64,000 nt of DNA from Acidimicrobiales bacterium (GTDB lineage: Bacteria; Actinomycetota; Acidimicrobiia; Acidimicrobiales; SZUA-35): the NCBI GenBank assembly GCA_047638695.1, contig JBLINY010000012.1, positions 1,559 to 65,558 of the forward strand. The letters are read 5' to 3'. Positions within the stretch are counted from its first letter, which is position 1. Each line of letters begins with the position of its first letter. Below the pieces are notes generated by a model. It saw only the letters and a program-made list of their open reading frames with translations, made no database searches and was not told the DNA's origin. Of this stretch, positions 28,327-37,550 are shown in pieces. The position numbers were made by a program, and so were the translations under genes.

Positions 28327-29177
28327 CGCGATGTTGTTTCGCGGAACTTTCGGAAACTGAGGAAGGCGAAGATGATGATGATCCCGAAGGACCAAAGAAA
28401 CGCCTCGGTGATGGCGCCTTCGGCCGGGAGGCCGTTGTAGAGGGCCCGCCCGGCGTTGGTGACGCGAGTGAAGGGGTTGTTCTCGGCGACCGGCTGGAGC
28501 CAGCTGGGCATGGTGTCGGTGGGGACGAAGGCCGACGACACAAACGTGACCGGGAACATCCACAGGAAGCCGAGGGAGTTGGCGGCCTCAACCGACTTCA
28601 CCGACAATCCGACCAGAGCTTGCACCCAGCTAAGGGCGAAGGCAAAGAGGAGAAACAGCACGGTGGCGACGAAGGCTTGCCAGAGTGTGCCTTCAAACCG
28701 GAAGCCGACGGCGAACGCGACCACGAGCATGATGATGAAGGTGAACGTGTTCTTCACGAGATCGGCGATGGTGCGGCCCAAAATCACAGCCGACTGTTGC
28801 ATCGGCACGGACCGCAGGCGATCGACCAAACCCTTCGAGAGATCTTCAGCCAGACCAATGCCGGTGGTGGCCGATCCGAAAACGACGGTCTGAGCCATGA
28901 TGCCGGGCAACAGATACTGGTTGTAGTTGGCAAAGCCGGGAGCAACGATGGCGCCCCCGAAGACATAGACGAACAACAGCACGAACATGATCGGCTGGAT
29001 CGTGGCGAACGCAATGAGTTCGGGGTTGCGGGGGACGACCCGAAGGTGGCGTTGGGCCTCGGTCCAGGCATCTCGTAGCAGCCATTGCGGACCGTTCGGT
29101 ACGTCGGGGCGACGACTCATCGTCGCGGCAGCATCGGTGCCTTGAACGCCGTCGCTCCTCGCCTCTGCAGTGCTCAT
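28323..29177 (-). CDS. ABC-2 permease (DrrB-like)
   Basis: QPIMFVLLFVYVFGGAI, YLLPG, SSAFVP..TMP.WLQ. Confidence 0.92.
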   Translation of the reverse strand: MSTAEARSDGVQGTDAAATMSRRPDVPNGPQWLLRDAWTEAQRHLRVVPRNPELIAFATIQPIMFVLLFVYVFGGAIVAPGFANYNQYLLPGIMAQTVVFGSATTGIGLAEDLSKGLVDRLRSVPMQQSAVILGRTIADLVKNTFTFIIMLVVAFAVGFRFEGTLWQAFVATVLFLLFAFALSWVQALVGLSVKSVEAANSLGFLWMFPVTFVSSAFVPTDTMPSWLQPVAENNPFTRVTNAGRALYNGLPAEGAITEAFLWSFGIIIIFAFLSFRKFRETTSR

Positions 29178-30139
29178 GAGGTGCTCTCGCTCTGGCTTTC
29201 GTCGGTGGCCTTCGAGCCAGTAAGGCTGAGAAAGACATCGTCGAGGCTTGGCCGTCGAAGCTCGACATCCACCACGTTGCAGAGCGCTCCATCGAGGGCT
29301 CGGATGGCCTCGGGCAACACACCGCCGCCGGCCGATATCGGCACCAGGAGCTGCGGGGGAGTCTCAGTGGTCTCGATCTCGCCAGATGAGACTGGCTGAA
29401 GAGCCTCGGTCGCTCGGGCCAGGTTGGCAGCATCGGCGATGGTGACAACCAAGCGGTCGCCGCCGATGCGGTCCTTCAACTCATCAGCAGTGCCCTTGGC
29501 GATGACCTTGCCCCGGTCGATCACCAGAATCGAATCGGCCAAAGCTTCGGCCTCGTCCAGATACTGCGTCGTTAGAAAGGTGGTTGTGCCTTCCGAGCCG
29601 AGCTCTTCGATCAGCTCCCACATGGCCAGCCGGCTACGAGGATCGAGGCCGGTGGTTGGTTCATCGAGGAACAACACCGAAGGGCGGGCGATCAGGCTCA
29701 TGGCGATGTCGAGCCGCCGGCGCATGCCACCCGAATACTCGATGACGACACGCTCGCCTGCGTCGAGCAGATCAAAGCGCTGGAGTAGCTCTTTGGCCCG
29801 GGCTCGCCCGTCGGTCTTCCGCATGTGGAACAGCTGGGCGATGTACTCGAGGTTCTCTCGGCCCGTCAGCCGTTCTTCGACCGCCGCGTATTGGCCGGTG
29901 AGACCTATGCGAGCCCGCACTTTGTCAGGTTCCGCTGCCACGTCGATGCCATCGACGAGCGCTCGACCTTGATCGGGTTTGATCAGCGTCGTCAGCACTT
30001 TCACGGTGGTTGTTTTGCCTGCACCATTCGGGCCGAGCACGCCCAGCACGCTGCCCTGGGGCATCTCGAGGCTGAGTCCATCGAGCGCCCGTGTCTCGCC
30101 GTAGACCTTGTGGAGATCGATGGCCTCGACAGCAAGCAT
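29174..30139 (-). CDS. ABC ATP-binding protein (DrrA-like)
   Basis: GPNGAGKTT, YSGGMRRRLD, LFLDEPTTGLDP. Confidence 0.95.
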   Translation of the reverse strand: MLAVEAIDLHKVYGETRALDGLSLEMPQGSVLGVLGPNGAGKTTTVKVLTTLIKPDQGRALVDGIDVAAEPDKVRARIGLTGQYAAVEERLTGRENLEYIAQLFHMRKTDGRARAKELLQRFDLLDAGERVVIEYSGGMRRRLDIAMSLIARPSVLFLDEPTTGLDPRSRLAMWELIEELGSEGTTTFLTTQYLDEAEALADSILVIDRGKVIAKGTADELKDRIGGDRLVVTIADAANLARATEALQPVSSGEIETTETPPQLLVPISAGGGVLPEAIRALDGALCNVVDVELRRPSLDDVFLSLTGSKATDESQSESTS

Positions 30140-30148
30140 GGGGTGAAA

Positions 30149-30847
30149 CTAGCGGCCCAGGATCAGCTGCGCGACCTCTTTTGGATGACTGAACATCAAG
30201 AAGTGAGGTCCGTCGAGCTCGTGGTAGTCCCAGGTTGAGCTAGCGGCGCAGACATCGGCGTACTGCTGAAACCGAGAGGGCTTGTCCGCTGTGGCGAAGA
30301 TGAAGGTTTTGGGCAGCTCATCGGGGAGTGAAACCTGCCAGTCGGCGCTGAGGCACGCAGCCGACTGAGGCATCACCCGGTCGTAGAACCAGCGGGCCCC
30401 TTCGTCGCTGCCGATTATTTCGGGCGCCGGGTCGTAGAGCTGGAACGGAACCATGCCTCCTTCGACGGAGCGGTTGGCAGGTTGCGGTGGTGTTTCGGCA
30501 ACCGGGGCGTGGGCATCGAGGTACACCAAACCGGAAACGCGATCGCTCAGCTGCTCCCACGCCTGGGTGATGACGCGGCCGCCGTAGCTGTGACCCACGA
30601 GCGTGACCTCGGTGAGGTCCAGGGTGTCGATGACACCGACGACGTCTGCCACGTGATCGGCCAGCGTGACATGAGGGCCCGAAAGGTGGCGCTTGGCTCC
30701 GTGACCGGTGAGGGAAATGTTGTGCACCGGGCGACCGCTGGCCAGAAGATCGGCCATCACCGGCAGCCAGGACCACTCGCCAACCCATGCGCCGTGTACG
30801 AGCACGATCGCTCGCTGGCGTAGCTCGGCGGCTGGTGGGTAGCTCAT
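30149..30847 (-). CDS. Alpha/beta hydrolase (esterase)
   Basis: VLVHGAW, VGHSYGG, HFLMFSHP; start at ATG 30847. Confidence 0.88.
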   Translation of the reverse strand: MSYPPAAELRQRAIVLVHGAWVGEWSWLPVMADLLASGRPVHNISLTGHGAKRHLSGPHVTLADHVADVVGVIDTLDLTEVTLVGHSYGGRVITQAWEQLSDRVSGLVYLDAHAPVAETPPQPANRSVEGGMVPFQLYDPAPEIIGSDEGARWFYDRVMPQSAACLSADWQVSLPDELPKTFIFATADKPSRFQQYADVCAASSTWDYHELDGPHFLMFSHPKEVAQLILGR

Positions 30848-32121
30848 GTCGTGGGCTCGACGGCTGCGCTCGGTGCGATCGTCGGCGGTGCGTTGTTCAG
30901 CGTCTCCATGGCAAAACCAGCGGCTTGTTTGTAGCGGGCCATGAAGTCCTCGATTTCGGCCGAAGGGATGACGTCTTCGATGTGGGTAAAGATGCCACCA
31001 CACCTCTCGTCGACTACTCCGAGGATGCCGATCGGTCCGGCGCCTCGATTGCGCAGCACGAGCGCCGACAAGTCTTCGATCAGCTGGTCCTCGTAGCTCA
31101 GCAGCGCTGCTGGGCTGAGGCCATGCTCGACCATGGCCGCGCCGATCACCCGGGCATCGACAATGGCTTGGCTGGCGCCGTTCGAACCAACGGGATACAT
31201 GACGTGGGCCGCATCTCCCATGAGAGCCACTCGGCCCTCTACCCAATGATCAACGGGGTCACGGTCGACCATTGGATACTCGAACACCTCGCTCGAGCCT
31301 CTCACCATGGCCGGGACGTCAAGCCAGTCGAATATCCAATCTTCGAACTGCGGCATGAAGGTGTCGATCGAGACCTGCTTGTTCCAGTCGCTGGTCGGCC
31401 AGCCGCCGTCGGTGTCGAAGGTGAGTTCGGTGATCCAGTTGATCGTGGCCAAACCGGTGTCTGGATCGGGCTGGCTGATTGGATAGCAGACGACTCGCTG
31501 GTCGAGATGCCCAGCGAGCACGAACGAAGCACCGGAACGGATCGGCACGCCGGTTGACGTGCCACGCCACATGATGGCGCCACCCCACAGCGGCTCGCCT
31601 TCTGCGGGGTACATCTGACTACGAAGAGCCGAGTGCAAGCCGTCGGCCCCGATGAGGACGTCGCCCGACTCGCGGAACGTCTGGTCGTCGGCGGTCTCGA
31701 TGATGGCGACTGCTTCGTCGCCGACATTTTCGAACCCGACAACTCGATGGCCGGTCATGACCGAATCGGGCCCGAGGCGATCAAGCACGGCTTCGTAAAG
31801 CATCATCTGTAGTTGGCCCCGGTGAACGGAGTACTGCGGCCACTTGTAGCCGGCTAGAACGCCTCGTGGCTCGGCCCAGACGTCGTTACCGCTACGCCCG
31901 ACCAGGGCCCATTCCTTGGTCTCAACGCCGATGGTGTCGAGCTGGCCTTCGAATCCGAGGTCGTAGAGCTCGCGAACGGCGTTCGGCTGGAGGTTGATGC
32001 CGACACCGAGAGGTTTCAGCTCGCGGACCGACTCGAACACCTTGGCGGGGATCCCAAGTTGATGGCAAGTGAGTGCCATCGTCATTCCGCCGATGCCGCC
32101 ACCGGCAATCAGTACCGTCAT
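30844..32121 (-). CDS. FAD-dependent monooxygenase
   Basis: GGGIGG, GADGLHS, GDAAHVMYPVGSNGASQ. Confidence 0.92.
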   Translation of the reverse strand: MTVLIAGGGIGGMTMALTCHQLGIPAKVFESVRELKPLGVGINLQPNAVRELYDLGFEGQLDTIGVETKEWALVGRSGNDVWAEPRGVLAGYKWPQYSVHRGQLQMMLYEAVLDRLGPDSVMTGHRVVGFENVGDEAVAIIETADDQTFRESGDVLIGADGLHSALRSQMYPAEGEPLWGGAIMWRGTSTGVPIRSGASFVLAGHLDQRVVCYPISQPDPDTGLATINWITELTFDTDGGWPTSDWNKQVSIDTFMPQFEDWIFDWLDVPAMVRGSSEVFEYPMVDRDPVDHWVEGRVALMGDAAHVMYPVGSNGASQAIVDARVIGAAMVEHGLSPAALLSYEDQLIEDLSALVLRNRGAGPIGILGVVDERCGGIFTHIEDVIPSAEIEDFMARYKQAAGFAMETLNNAPPTIAPSAAVEPTT

Positions 32122-32222
32122 AGACGATCACCCTAGGGCCCCTCATTCGAGCAATCGCCCCACAGCACCGAGCTCGAGTCATCTGCCAGGATCCTTCCGG
32201 CGCGGCCAGCTAGCGTGCGCTC

Positions 32223-33383
32223 ATGAAAGAACAACTTGACGAACTGCTTGGCGGCGCCATCGACCGAGGCGACGTACCGGGCGTGGTTGCTGTCACCTTC
32301 GACCGCGACGGACTGACCTACGAGGGAGCATTCGGCGAGAGAGTGTTGGGCTCGGGCGTTGACATGACGGTCGACACGACCGGAGCAATCTTCTCGATGA
32401 CCAAGGCGATCACGGGTGCCGCCGCCATGCAGTGCGTGGAGCGGGGCGAGCTATCGCTGGATACACCTGCCGGCGCCATATGCCCTGATTTGGCAGACGC
32501 CCAGGTGCTGGAAGGATTGGCCGACGACGGCACGCCCCAGCTGCGTCCAGCTTCTACGCCAGTGACGCTTCGGCACCTCCTGACGCATACCTCGGGTTTC
32601 GTCTACGACATCTGGGATGCCGACTTCGCCGCCTATCTGCAGGCCACCGGCAAGCCGAGCGTCCTATCGCTGCAGTTGGATGCGTTGCGGGTCCCGCTGA
32701 TGTTCGATCCCGGCACCAGGTGGGAGTACGGCACCGGTATCGATTGGGCCGGGCAGATGGTCGAAGCCGTTTCAGGCAAGACCCTCGGGCAGTACTTCCA
32801 AGCCAACCTGTTCGATCCGCTGGGCATGGCCGATAGTGGCTTCGCTCCAACCGAGGCGATGCTGTCGCGGGCAGCCGGGATGCACGCTCGTCTGCCCGAC
32901 GGTGGCCTCGCCCCAATGGACCTTCCGGCACCGGATAACCCCGAGTTCGAGATGGGCGGCGGCGGCCTGATGTCGACGATGGGCGACTACGCCCGGTTCT
33001 GTCGCATGGTGCTGAACGGCGGGGAGCTCGACGGGACCCGGGTAATGTCTGCCGACACCGTCGATCTGATGTGCACCAATGCCATGGGCGATATCCGAGT
33101 GCAGAACCTGGTGTCGACCAATCCGGCGTTCAGCAATGATGCCGAGTTCTTCCCCGGGCTCGAGAAGTCGTGGGGTCTCACGTTCCAGATCAACGAGGCC
33201 GAGGCACCCACCGGCCGCCCGGCTGGTGGCCTCAGCTGGGCCGGTCTGGCCAACAGCTACTTTTGGATAGACCGCACCAACGGCATCGGCGGCGCCTACC
33301 TGACGCAGATCCTCCCGTTCGCCGACCACAAGTCGATCGGCCTGTTCCAAGACTTCGAAACCGCCGTCTACGCCAACCAATAA
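32223..33383 (+). CDS. Serine hydrolase, beta-lactamase/esterase family
   Basis: SMTK, LLTHTSG, WEYG, WAGLANSY; leaderless, TAGCGT six nt upstream. Confidence 0.92.
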   Translation: MKEQLDELLGGAIDRGDVPGVVAVTFDRDGLTYEGAFGERVLGSGVDMTVDTTGAIFSMTKAITGAAAMQCVERGELSLDTPAGAICPDLADAQVLEGLADDGTPQLRPASTPVTLRHLLTHTSGFVYDIWDADFAAYLQATGKPSVLSLQLDALRVPLMFDPGTRWEYGTGIDWAGQMVEAVSGKTLGQYFQANLFDPLGMADSGFAPTEAMLSRAAGMHARLPDGGLAPMDLPAPDNPEFEMGGGGLMSTMGDYARFCRMVLNGGELDGTRVMSADTVDLMCTNAMGDIRVQNLVSTNPAFSNDAEFFPGLEKSWGLTFQINEAEAPTGRPAGGLSWAGLANSYFWIDRTNGIGGAYLTQILPFADHKSIGLFQDFETAVYANQ

Positions 33384-33390
33384 CCGCCGA

Positions 33391-33494
33391 CTTGGCTGCC
33401 TGAACCCCCGCTCCCTCAACTCTGGCTGTCTGAACCCCCGTAGTTGGGGTTTCAGACAGCCAGAGTTCGTTTTGCGGCGGCGGGAACAGCCAAG
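33391..33494. repeat. 104-bp nested palindromic element (left flank)
   Basis: Ends CTTGGCTG/CAGCCAAG; direct units at 33392 and 33422, inverted units ending 33462 and 33492; perfect 17-bp arms 33418-33434 and 33451-33467. Confidence 0.9.
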
Positions 33495-33565
33495 CGGGGG
33501 CCGCAGGGGCGGTGCGCGGCCTGGTGTTGGCGGCCGCTGTCACACCTGGTTGCAAGACTGGCGCG

Positions 33566-34597
33566 GTGCGGGAAACACCGGATCAGATTGTGACAAGAGT
33601 GGCTGGACCTACAGCGGGTGCGTGTCGGCGGACCGATCTGGTCGAGGCCGGAATGAGTGGCAGCGCGATTGAACGAAGACTGGCGAGCGGTTACCTCGTC
33701 GCGATTACGCGGGGGCTCTATGTGGCGCCCGTCCTCGCCAACCCTGATACGCCGCTCAACATGGCTGTGCTTGGGGTGCCCCATGCTGTCGTGTCGCGGT
33801 TCTCGGCCGCAGCGCTGCACGGTATGTCGCTGACGTACCCCGATCAGGTGCATGTAACCGCGCCCAAAGGTGCCGGTCGGTTCCTCGAAGGTGTCGTCGT
33901 GCATGAGACCCGCCTGCTGCGGGATGAGGACGTCACCGAGGTGCGAGGTTTGGCGGTGACTTCTCCCGAGCGGACCCTGGTCGACCTTGCGGCCCACCTC
34001 CGCTTGCCCCGTCTGCGGCACCTTGTCGACTCCCACTATGCAGGACGTACTGCGGGACCCTTTTTGGCTTGCGTGCAGGGGCTGGCCCGTCCTGGCGTTC
34101 CCGGCTCTCGCATGCTGCGACAGCTCGCCTCACAGCTGGGGGAAGGGGATCCGCTCCCGGCTTCGGAGCTCGAACACCGGATCTGGCTTGGTTTGAACGT
34201 CAACGGGATCTCCGGCTTTCGACAGCAGCTGGCACCACCTTGGTACGACGGACGCCGCGGCATTGTCGACTTTGGCGCCCCCGACATCCGCATGATTATC
34301 GAGGGCGATGGACGGAGGTTCCATGACAGCCAGCAGGCAATGGCCGACGATCATCGCCGTGATCGTCTAGCAGCTCGTCACGGTTGGCTTGTCCTACGAG
34401 TGACGTGGCACGAGATCGTGCATCGGCCGGGGGCGACCTTCAGCGACCTGGCCGAAATCGTCTCGGCCCGCCGCACCGCCTCGAGCAGAGCGTCGGGCGC
34501 CGCAGCGACCAGCAGAGGTTCGGGTGCCGCCGTCATGACCGAATTGCCCTCCCGCTTGGCTGCCCGAACCACCGCCTCCGACGGTTTGGCTGCCTGA
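33566..34597 (+). CDS. AbiEi N-terminal wHTH + DUF559/Vsr-like nuclease domain protein
   Basis: RGLY, SAAALHG, VTSPERTLVDLA, SELE, VDF....RMIIEGDGRRFH...D.RRD....GWLVLRVTW; start GTG 33566 (alternative 33512); stop lies inside the right element. Confidence 0.85.
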   Translation: MRETPDQIVTRVAGPTAGACRRTDLVEAGMSGSAIERRLASGYLVAITRGLYVAPVLANPDTPLNMAVLGVPHAVVSRFSAAALHGMSLTYPDQVHVTAPKGAGRFLEGVVVHETRLLRDEDVTEVRGLAVTSPERTLVDLAAHLRLPRLRHLVDSHYAGRTAGPFLACVQGLARPGVPGSRMLRQLASQLGEGDPLPASELEHRIWLGLNVNGISGFRQQLAPPWYDGRRGIVDFGAPDIRMIIEGDGRRFHDSQQAMADDHRRDRLAARHGWLVLRVTWHEIVHRPGATFSDLAEIVSARRTASSRASGAAATSRGSGAAVMTELPSRLAARTTASDGLAA

Positions 34598-34658
34598 ACC
34601 ACCGCAAGCGGTGGTTCAGGCAGCCAGTCTGCGGTTTGCGGGGGTTGGAGCAGCCAAG
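34555..34658. repeat. 104-bp nested palindromic element (right flank)
   Basis: Ends CTTGGCTG/CAGCCAAG; direct units at 34556 and 34586, inverted units ending 34626 and 34656; perfect 19-bp arms TGGCTGCCTGAACCACCGC-AA-GCGGTGGTTCAGGCAGCCA. Confidence 0.92.
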
Positions 34659-34706
34659 AGGTGGGTTCAAGAGGTGGGTTCAAGAGGTGGGTTCAAGAGG
34701 TGGGTT
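34655..34706. repeat. 13-bp perfect tandem repeat x4 (CAAGAGGTGGGTT) covering the P450 3' end and stop
   Basis: Units at 34655, 34668, 34681, 34694. Confidence 0.95.
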
Positions 34707-36009
34707 GTGCGGCGTCGGCTGGGTCCCACTCGACGATGAATTGCTCGGGGCCTCGGAAGGTGATGTTGGGAGACGACCAAATCTCTTGCTCGGTCATCCG
34801 CAGCGACGGCATCCGCTCGACCAGCGCCTCGAGCACCAGGACCGCCTCGAATTTCGCCAGGTTGGCGCCGAGGCAATAGTGCATGCCCTTACCGAAGGAG
34901 ATGTGCTGCGCCGCGTTTGATCGGTGGATATCGAACTCGTTGGGCTTCTCGAAAATGTCGGGCTGGCGGTTCGCTGAGGCGAAGTTCATGAAGATCTGGG
35001 TGCCGGCGGGAATGTCGATGTTGCGCAACGTGGTGGCGCGGGTGGTGAGCCGACGCCAGCTGATCTGGCTCGACTCGTAGCGCAGGACTTCCTCGACCGC
35101 GTTCGGAATGAGTGAGGGATCAGCAACAAGCTGGTCCCACTGATCGCTCCGGGGGAGTAGGCAGAGCAGGGTGTTGCAGATGAGGCTGGTGACAGCCTCG
35201 TGACCGGCGAAGGAGAGGCCATAGATAATGGACTCGACCTCTCGGTACGTCAGCTCGTTCTCGTCGGCGTCGTGTGCGGCCAAAAGCTCGGACGTGAAAT
35301 CGTCGCCGCGGTTGTCTCGCTTCGACGCCGTGAAGTCGCGACAGTAACGCCAGTACGCCACCATCTTCTCGGCGATGGCCGCTTGCTCCGTTGGTGTTGG
35401 CTTGCCCCAGGAGAAGGCCTTGCGCTCGCCGCACCAGTTCTTGAGGTCTTCGTCGTCGGCTTCGGGAAATCCGATGAACCGAAAAACCGTTTCGCCCGGA
35501 AGCGGAAAGGCGAAGGCTTCGATGAACTCGAGCGGCCCACCGGACTCGCCACCGGCGAGGAACATGTCATCGATCAACTCGTGGCTGCGCCGGCGGACAT
35601 AGGGCTCGAGCGTCTTGAGGCGCCTTCTGGAGAATCCCAGGCGCGTGTGCTTGCGAATGCGGCCGTGGTCGGGAGCTTGCCTGTTCGACATCACCTTCTG
35701 CGGATCGAAATCGGGGACGCCGATGACCGCCTGAGCCTCGGGCGCAACCGGGAAGACGGGATCTTGCACGTTCTCCGACGAGTACGTGTCTGAGTCGTTG
35801 AAGACTTCGAGGATGTCGTCCATTTCGGTGATGACGACGTAGCCCAGCTCCTGGGCGTAGAAGATGGGGCTGTCTTCTCGCAGCTTGGTTGCGATCGGGT
35901 ACGGGTCGGCCAGGTAGTCGTCGTTCAACGGACTCCACGTCTGATGAACCGGACAACCGGCAGGTGCCGGTGGCGCGTCGCCTCGAAGCTGGTGGTACTC
36001 GTCGGCCAT
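34693..36009 (-). CDS. Cytochrome P450
   Basis: AGHEA I-helix, EEVLR (ExxR), FGKGMHYCLG heme-binding motif. Confidence 0.96.
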   Translation of the reverse strand: MADEYHQLRGDAPPAPAGCPVHQTWSPLNDDYLADPYPIATKLREDSPIFYAQELGYVVITEMDDILEVFNDSDTYSSENVQDPVFPVAPEAQAVIGVPDFDPQKVMSNRQAPDHGRIRKHTRLGFSRRRLKTLEPYVRRRSHELIDDMFLAGGESGGPLEFIEAFAFPLPGETVFRFIGFPEADDEDLKNWCGERKAFSWGKPTPTEQAAIAEKMVAYWRYCRDFTASKRDNRGDDFTSELLAAHDADENELTYREVESIIYGLSFAGHEAVTSLICNTLLCLLPRSDQWDQLVADPSLIPNAVEEVLRYESSQISWRRLTTRATTLRNIDIPAGTQIFMNFASANRQPDIFEKPNEFDIHRSNAAQHISFGKGMHYCLGANLAKFEAVLVLEALVERMPSLRMTEQEIWSSPNITFRGPEQFIVEWDPADAAQPTS

Positions 36010-36071
36010 GGAGAGTGAGGGTAGGTCAGCCTGGAGCTGACGGCCCGCCCTGTCGGCTGTAGGTTCAGGCG

Positions 36072-36545
36072 GTGCAGATTCCAGAGAATGCCCAAGCGTC
36101 CTTTGAGGCGTCGATCGAAATCGCAGCTAGCCCTGCCGAGATCTACGCCATGGTCTCCGACATCACTCGGATGGGTGAGTGGAGCCCGGAGAACGTCGGC
36201 GGCGTATGGCTCGACGGCGGCACCGGGCAGGTCGGCGACCGTTTTGAGGGAAACAACCGTTCCGGCGATCGTGAGTGGAGCCGAGAATGTGAGGTGGCGA
36301 GGGCCGATCCCGGAGCCGATTTCACGTTCGTGGTGGGCAGCGTCGAAGCCAATTGCACGTGGTGGAGCTACGAGATGGAGTCCGTGGGCGACGGCGCTCG
36401 GCTGACCGAGCGATGGTGGTATGTGAACAAGACGCCCGGCCTCGCCGCAGCGACCCCCGAGCAGTTACAAAGCCGTATCGACATGACCCAGGGCATGCTG
36501 GACGCCACCGTCGCCGGCCTCAAGAACGTGGCGGAGAAAGCGTGA
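36072..36545 (+). CDS. SRPBCC-family protein
   Basis: VSDITRMGEWSPE, GDRFEGNN; leaderless, TAGGTT upstream. Confidence 0.88.
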   Translation: MQIPENAQASFEASIEIAASPAEIYAMVSDITRMGEWSPENVGGVWLDGGTGQVGDRFEGNNRSGDREWSRECEVARADPGADFTFVVGSVEANCTWWSYEMESVGDGARLTERWWYVNKTPGLAAATPEQLQSRIDMTQGMLDATVAGLKNVAEKA

Positions 36546-37009
36546 GTCACGAAGCACGCATGAAGGCAGCCGGAATCGTGCTCCCCGAGGGCTATCCGCC
36601 AGCCGGGCTCTACGTCAGCGCTGTCCTGGTCGACAACCTTTTGCACGTTGGTGGCCATGGCCCCGTCGGGCCGGACGGTCGAGTCATGGGCAAGGTTGGC
36701 AGCGACATCGACCTTGCTGGCGCCCAGGAGGCTGCACGACTGACCGGTTTGCAGATCTTGCGGTCGGTTCGGGCCGAACTTGGCAGCCTCGATCGCGTCA
36801 TTCGCGTTGTGAAGCTCTTCGGCATGGTCAACTGCGCCCCCGGCTTCAACCAGACGCCTGAGGTAATCAACGGCTGTTCGCAACTGATGCACGACGTCTT
36901 CGGTGAGGCCGGGGTTCACACCCGGTCGGCCGTCGGCATGGCCGAACTTCCATTCAATATTCCAGTAGAGATCGAGGGTATTTTCCACGTGGGTGAAGGC
37001 AATGAGTAA
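36542..37009 (+). CDS. RidA/YjgF-family protein
   Basis: GKVG, VVKLFGMVN, INGCS, G.HTRSAVG..ELP.NIPVEIE. Confidence 0.9.
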   Translation: MSHEARMKAAGIVLPEGYPPAGLYVSAVLVDNLLHVGGHGPVGPDGRVMGKVGSDIDLAGAQEAARLTGLQILRSVRAELGSLDRVIRVVKLFGMVNCAPGFNQTPEVINGCSQLMHDVFGEAGVHTRSAVGMAELPFNIPVEIEGIFHVGEGNE

Positions 37010-37550
37010 CAACAGCTCGTCGACGTGGGCGGGGCCCACACATCAGGCCCTGATTGATGCTGGCATCAGCATCGTTGGCTACGTACCCGATGGGGGTTTG
37101 ACCGATCTGATCGTGGCGCTCGACGCCGACGATCGGATGAAGACCGTGCGGCTGACCACCGAAGAGGAAGGCGTCGCCCTGGTCGCTGGCGCCTGGCTGG
37201 GTGGAGCCCGGGCAGCCTTGTTGATGCAGAGCAGTGGCGTCGGCAACTGCACCAACATGCTCAGCCTCCTCGAGACCTGCGCCGTGCCTGCCCTTCTACT
37301 CGTCACGATGCGCGGCCAAGACGGCGAATCGAATCCATGGCAATTGCCGATGGGTCAAGCCGCTGGACAGACCATGGAGCTGATGGGGGTCGACGTTCGT
37401 TCGGTCGGTTCGGCCGACGCTGTGGCCGCCGAAGTCACCCGGGCCTGTCACGATGCCTTCGAAGCCGATGGCGGAGCGACTGCTGTGATGGTCGAACAAA
37501 AGGTGATCGGTGTGAAGTCATTCTCCGGTGACAACGAAGGAGAAGGCTGA
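37002..37550 (+). CDS. ThDP-dependent decarboxylase alpha subunit (sulfopyruvate/phosphonopyruvate decarboxylase ComD-like)
   Basis: YVPD, TTEEEGVA..AGAWLGG, MQSSGVGN, MRG..GE.NPWQ.PMG. Confidence 0.85.
   Translation: MSNNSSSTWAGPTHQALIDAGISIVGYVPDGGLTDLIVALDADDRMKTVRLTTEEEGVALVAGAWLGGARAALLMQSSGVGNCTNMLSLLETCAVPALLLVTMRGQDGESNPWQLPMGQAAGQTMELMGVDVRSVGSADAVAAEVTRACHDAFEADGGATAVMVEQKVIGVKSFSGDNEGEG

Noticed and set aside
33566-34597. Type IV toxin-antitoxin module
   Set aside because: No AbiEii nucleotidyltransferase toxin is adjacent; the neighbours are a serine hydrolase and a P450.
33391-34706. 30-bp-period units and 13-bp arrays as a CRISPR array
   Set aside because: Too few units, inverted arrangement, spacers about 11 bp or absent, and no cas genes.
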